Of a stretch of DNA of 64,000 bases, positions 61,066 to 64,000 are shown piece by piece. Position 1 is the first letter of the stretch, and each line of letters starts with the position of its first letter. This stretch comes from Candidatus Intricatilinea gracilis (GTDB taxonomy: Bacteria > Pseudomonadota > Gammaproteobacteria > Burkholderiales > Burkholderiaceae_C). Location: assembly GCA_016702605.1 (NCBI GenBank), contig JADJDQ010000007.1, forward strand, positions 112,293 through 176,292, read 5' to 3'. The notes beneath the pieces were generated by a model. That model did no database searches. It was given only the letters and a program-made list of their open reading frames with translations, and was not told the DNA's origin. The position numbers and the translations under genes were made by a program.

Positions 61066-62583
61066 TCAATCCTGGCGCACGGCGGCGCCGGTGGGGGTGG
61101 CCCAGGTGGCGGTCGACACGGGGCGTGTGCCGGCCCTGGCCGACGGAGTGGCGGCCGGTGCCGACTCGCTGGCCTGCCAGCCGCCGCCGAGCGCGTGCAT
61201 CAGCTGCACCTGGGCGTCCAGCGCGCGGCCGCGCAATTCGATGGCGGCGCGTTCCTGTGCCAGGCGCAGGTCGTCGGTGGCCAGCACCTGCAGGAAACCG
61301 CTCAGCCCTGCGTCGTACCGTGTGCGGGCGATGCGCCAGGCCTCGTTCGCCTGCGCCAGTGCGTCGGCCTGCTGGGTGATCTGGCTGGCCAGTGAGCTGC
61401 GCAGCGCCAGCGCATCGGCGGCGGCATGGGCGGCGTCGATCACCGCGCTGTTGTAGGCGGCCACCGCAGCGTCGTATTCGGCTGCCCGGCTGCCGAGCTG
61501 GGCGTTCAGACCGGGTGTGTCGAAGAGGGGCAGACGCAGCGCCGGGCCGGCGCCGTAGCTGCGGCTGCCGATGTCGACGAGGTTGTCCAGACCCAGCGCA
61601 CTCAGGCCGGCAAACACGTTGAGGTTGAGGTCGGGGTAGAAGCGCCCGCGCGCCACGGTCACACCTTGTGCGGCGGCTTCGACACGCTCCCGCGCCGCAG
61701 CCAGGTCGGCACGCCGGCCCAGCAGGTCGGCGCCGACAACAGCCGATGTCGCGTGGGTTGATGGTGCGGCGGCCAGCGTCAGCTCGCCCAGTGTCGGCGC
61801 CAGCGCTGCAAGTGCCTGCGGCGCCTGGGCGCACAGCGCTGCCAGCTGATGGCGCAGCAGCGTCTGGCGTTCCATCACGGCCAGTATCTGGCCGCGGGCG
61901 TCGGCCACTCGGGCGTTCGACAGCGCCAGCTCACCCTGGGTGTCCAGGCCGGCCTGGACACGTTCCTGCGTCAGGCGGGCGATGGTCTCGCGCTGGGTCA
62001 GGGCCTGGCGGGCGTTGTCCGCCGCGCTGCCGGCCTGCGCCAGGGCGATGTAGGCGCGTGCCACTTCGGCTGCGAGCAGGGTGCGGGCGGCGGCCATGTC
62101 GGCACGGGCCGCCCGTTCGCCGCCCAGTGCCTGCGCCAGTGCAGCGCCGTGGCGACCCCAGAAGTCGAGTTCCCAGCTGGCGCCCAGCATCACGTTGGCA
62201 TTGGTCTGCCAGGTGCCGGCGATGGGCGGCGGCACCAGCCCGTGCGCCGTGTAGCGCTGCAAGGTGGCGTCTGCCGTCAGGCCGACCTGCACTTCACCGG
62301 CGTTGCCGGCCAGCCGGCTCTGGACTCGCGCCTGGTCCAGCCGCGCTGCTGCGATCTGCAGGCGCGGCTGTTCGGCCAGCGCCAGGTCGACCAGCGCGTC
62401 GAGGCGGGTATCACCCAGCTCGTGCCACCAGGTGCCGGCCACCACCTCGGTCGGCGCACTGGCTGCCAGGCCCACGGCGGCGGGCGCGACCAGGGCCCGC
62501 GGCTCGGGCAGCCTGGCGGGTTGGGCACAGGCGACCAGCAGGCCGGCAAGTGCCGACAGGGCAGCCAGGGTGAGAACTTGCAT
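61066..62583 (-). CDS. efflux outer-membrane factor lipoprotein (NodT/OprM family)
   Basis: From ATG 62583: MQVLTLAALSALAGLLVACAQ (lipobox), two OEP repeats, and ...LIDAAHAAADALA...QLMHALGGGW at the C-terminus. Confidence 0.88.
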   Translation of the reverse strand: MQVLTLAALSALAGLLVACAQPARLPEPRALVAPAAVGLAASAPTEVVAGTWWHELGDTRLDALVDLALAEQPRLQIAAARLDQARVQSRLAGNAGEVQVGLTADATLQRYTAHGLVPPPIAGTWQTNANVMLGASWELDFWGRHGAALAQALGGERAARADMAAARTLLAAEVARAYIALAQAGSAADNARQALTQRETIARLTQERVQAGLDTQGELALSNARVADARGQILAVMERQTLLRHQLAALCAQAPQALAALAPTLGELTLAAAPSTHATSAVVGADLLGRRADLAAARERVEAAAQGVTVARGRFYPDLNLNVFAGLSALGLDNLVDIGSRSYGAGPALRLPLFDTPGLNAQLGSRAAEYDAAVAAYNSAVIDAAHAAADALALRSSLASQITQQADALAQANEAWRIARTRYDAGLSGFLQVLATDDLRLAQERAAIELRGRALDAQVQLMHALGGGWQASESAPAATPSARAGTRPVSTATWATPTGAAVRQD

Positions 62584-62745
62584 CTTGTTGGTGTGGGCGC
62601 CGGGGATCCGGGCAAACCATGAGTTTCGCAGTTTGCAGCTTGGTGATGGAAACCGGTCGAAGACACCCCGCCGCATCGCTGCCTACACTGCGCCGGCCGC
62701 GGTTATCCATTCAATCCTGGCGCCTTGCGCGTCACACACCCATCC

Positions 62746-64000
62746 ATGTCCTCCAGCACGACCAGCGCCGTTTCATCTGCTTCAGGCGCCTCACAACCGG
62801 GTCGCGCCGGCCAGCCGCCCAAGGCGCCGATCGGGTCACTCTCGGGGCTCAAGCCCTTCGTGTTGCCCTACCGCGGGCGCATCGCGCTGGCGCTGATCTT
62901 CCTGGTGATGGCCGCACTCACCACCCTGGCCATGCCGCTGGCGCTGCGCAGCCTGATCGACGGCGGCATCGTCTCGGCCGACCCCGGTGATCGCGTGATG
63001 GCGCTGCGCGAGCACTTTCTGGCGCTGTTCGGTGTGGGCGTGGCGCTGGGCTTGTTTTCGGCGCTGCGTTTCTACTTCGTCACCTGGCTGGGTGAACGTA
63101 TCACCGCCGACTTGCGCAGCGCCGTCTACGCCCATGTGCTGCGCCAGAGCCCGCAGTTCTACGAGACCACCGCCACCGGCGAAGTGTTGTCGCGCCTGAC
63201 GACCGACACCACGCTGGTGCAGACCGTCGTCGGCTCCAGCCTGTCGCTGGGCCTGCGCAACAGCGTCATGGGCATCGGCGCCATCATCATGCTCATCCTC
63301 ACCAACCCCTGGGTGATGGCGCAGGTGATGGGCATCCTGGTGCTGGTGGTGGCGCCGTCGATCTACTTCGGCCGGCGGGTGCGCAAGCTCTCGCGCGCCA
63401 GCCAGGACCGCATCGCCGACACCAGCGCCATTGCCGCCGAGGTGCTCAACGCCATCCCGGTGGTGCAGGGCCATGTGCAGGAAAAACGCGAAGCTCGCCG
63501 TTACCGCGACGCCGCCGAAGCCGCCTTCGACGTGGCGCGCAAACGCACGGCAGTCCGTGCTGCGCTGGTGGCCTTCATCATCAGCGCCACCATGGGTGCG
63601 CTGCTCTGGGGCCTGTACCAGGGCACGCAGGCCGTGCTGGCCGGTGAAGTGAGTGCCGGCCATCTGGGCCAGACGGTGGTCTACGTGATCTTGCTGGTCG
63701 GTTCGGTGGCTGTGCTCAGCGAGGTGTGGGGCGACCTGCTGCGCGCCGCCGGTGCGACCGAACGGCTGATGGAGCTGCTCGCCAGCGTGTCACCCGTGGC
63801 CGAGCCTGCCAACCCGCAGCCCTTGCCGCCGGCCCGGCCCGGCCAGGGCTCGGCGCTGGCTTTCGACAATGTCGTCTTCCACTACCCCTCGCGCCCGCGC
63901 GCCGCAGCGCTGCACGGCTTCAGCCTGGCCGTGCGGCCGGGTGAGACGGTGGCGATCGTCGGCCCCAGCGGCGCCGGCAAGAGCACGGTGTTCCAGCTGC
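62746..64000 (+). CDS. ABC transporter, fused permease/ATPase (ABCB / MsbA-Atm1-like exporter); 3' end outside the window
   Basis: The open frame from ATG 62746 runs to the window end and is not in the ORF track because it has no stop. It has six-helix TMD motifs (FYETTATGEVLSRLTTDTTLVQ) and Walker A (GPSGAGKST) at 63961-63987. Confidence 0.88.
   Translation, partial: MSSSTTSAVSSASGASQPGRAGQPPKAPIGSLSGLKPFVLPYRGRIALALIFLVMAALTTLAMPLALRSLIDGGIVSADPGDRVMALREHFLALFGVGVALGLFSALRFYFVTWLGERITADLRSAVYAHVLRQSPQFYETTATGEVLSRLTTDTTLVQTVVGSSLSLGLRNSVMGIGAIIMLILTNPWVMAQVMGILVLVVAPSIYFGRRVRKLSRASQDRIADTSAIAAEVLNAIPVVQGHVQEKREARRYRDAAEAAFDVARKRTAVRAALVAFIISATMGALLWGLYQGTQAVLAGEVSAGHLGQTVVYVILLVGSVAVLSEVWGDLLRAAGATERLMELLASVSPVAEPANPQPLPPARPGQGSALAFDNVVFHYPSRPRAAALHGFSLAVRPGETVAIVGPSGAGKSTVFQL

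Noticed and set aside
61064-62722. Exact 14-nt repeat TTCAATCCTGGCGC at 61064-61077 and 62709-62722, flanking the OMF gene (possible insertion borders)
   Set aside because: A back-of-envelope estimate gives several chance 14-mer repeats in 64 kb of GC-biased DNA. One copy is simply the C-terminal codons and stop of the OMF gene. No other mobile-element hallmarks are present.

Overview
High-GC chromosomal segment, roughly two-thirds G+C by hand counts of sample lines. Gene content and synteny look like a betaproteobacterium of the order Burkholderiales; this placement is an inference with no database support. The supporting blocks are the divergent hemC/ppc pair, ispB facing rplU-rpmA-obgE-proB, a split metH, and a PhaM / FAH-like / DUF3108 / DUF3567 block. 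I can support about 65 protein genes, one tRNA-Pro(CGG), one SAH riboswitch, three type II toxin-antitoxin modules, three intrinsic terminators and several tandem repeats. I see no rRNA, CRISPR array, transposase or integrase. Most of the window is ordinary core metabolism and housekeeping. The items most worth a second look are: (1) an lrgA-lrgB membrane-protein pair embedded inside the glycolate oxidase operon (glcD-glcE-lrgA-lrgB-glcF); (2) a compound microsatellite, (GAAGCC)6(GATGCC)5(GACGAAC)6, in the promoter region of a two-gene orphan cassette that lies next to a SARP/BTAD-type regulator; (3) an SAH riboswitch sitting between the two halves of a split methionine synthase; (4) a translationally coupled YbdK-type carboxylate-amine ligase and C26 gamma-glutamyl hydrolase pair; (5) a three-lipoprotein CsgG-like/DUF4810/DUF799 operon of unknown cargo; (6) a tandemly duplicated FKBP gene; (7) a 1-nt frameshift in ppc; (8) widespread Ala/Lys/Pro/Ser/Thr-rich low-complexity insertions in otherwise conserved proteins. 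I found no clear novel defence or mobile system. My best candidates for something undescribed are the orphan cassette with its repeat array and the glc-embedded LrgAB transporter, and both are hypotheses. All family assignments come from motif recognition by eye, not from searches.
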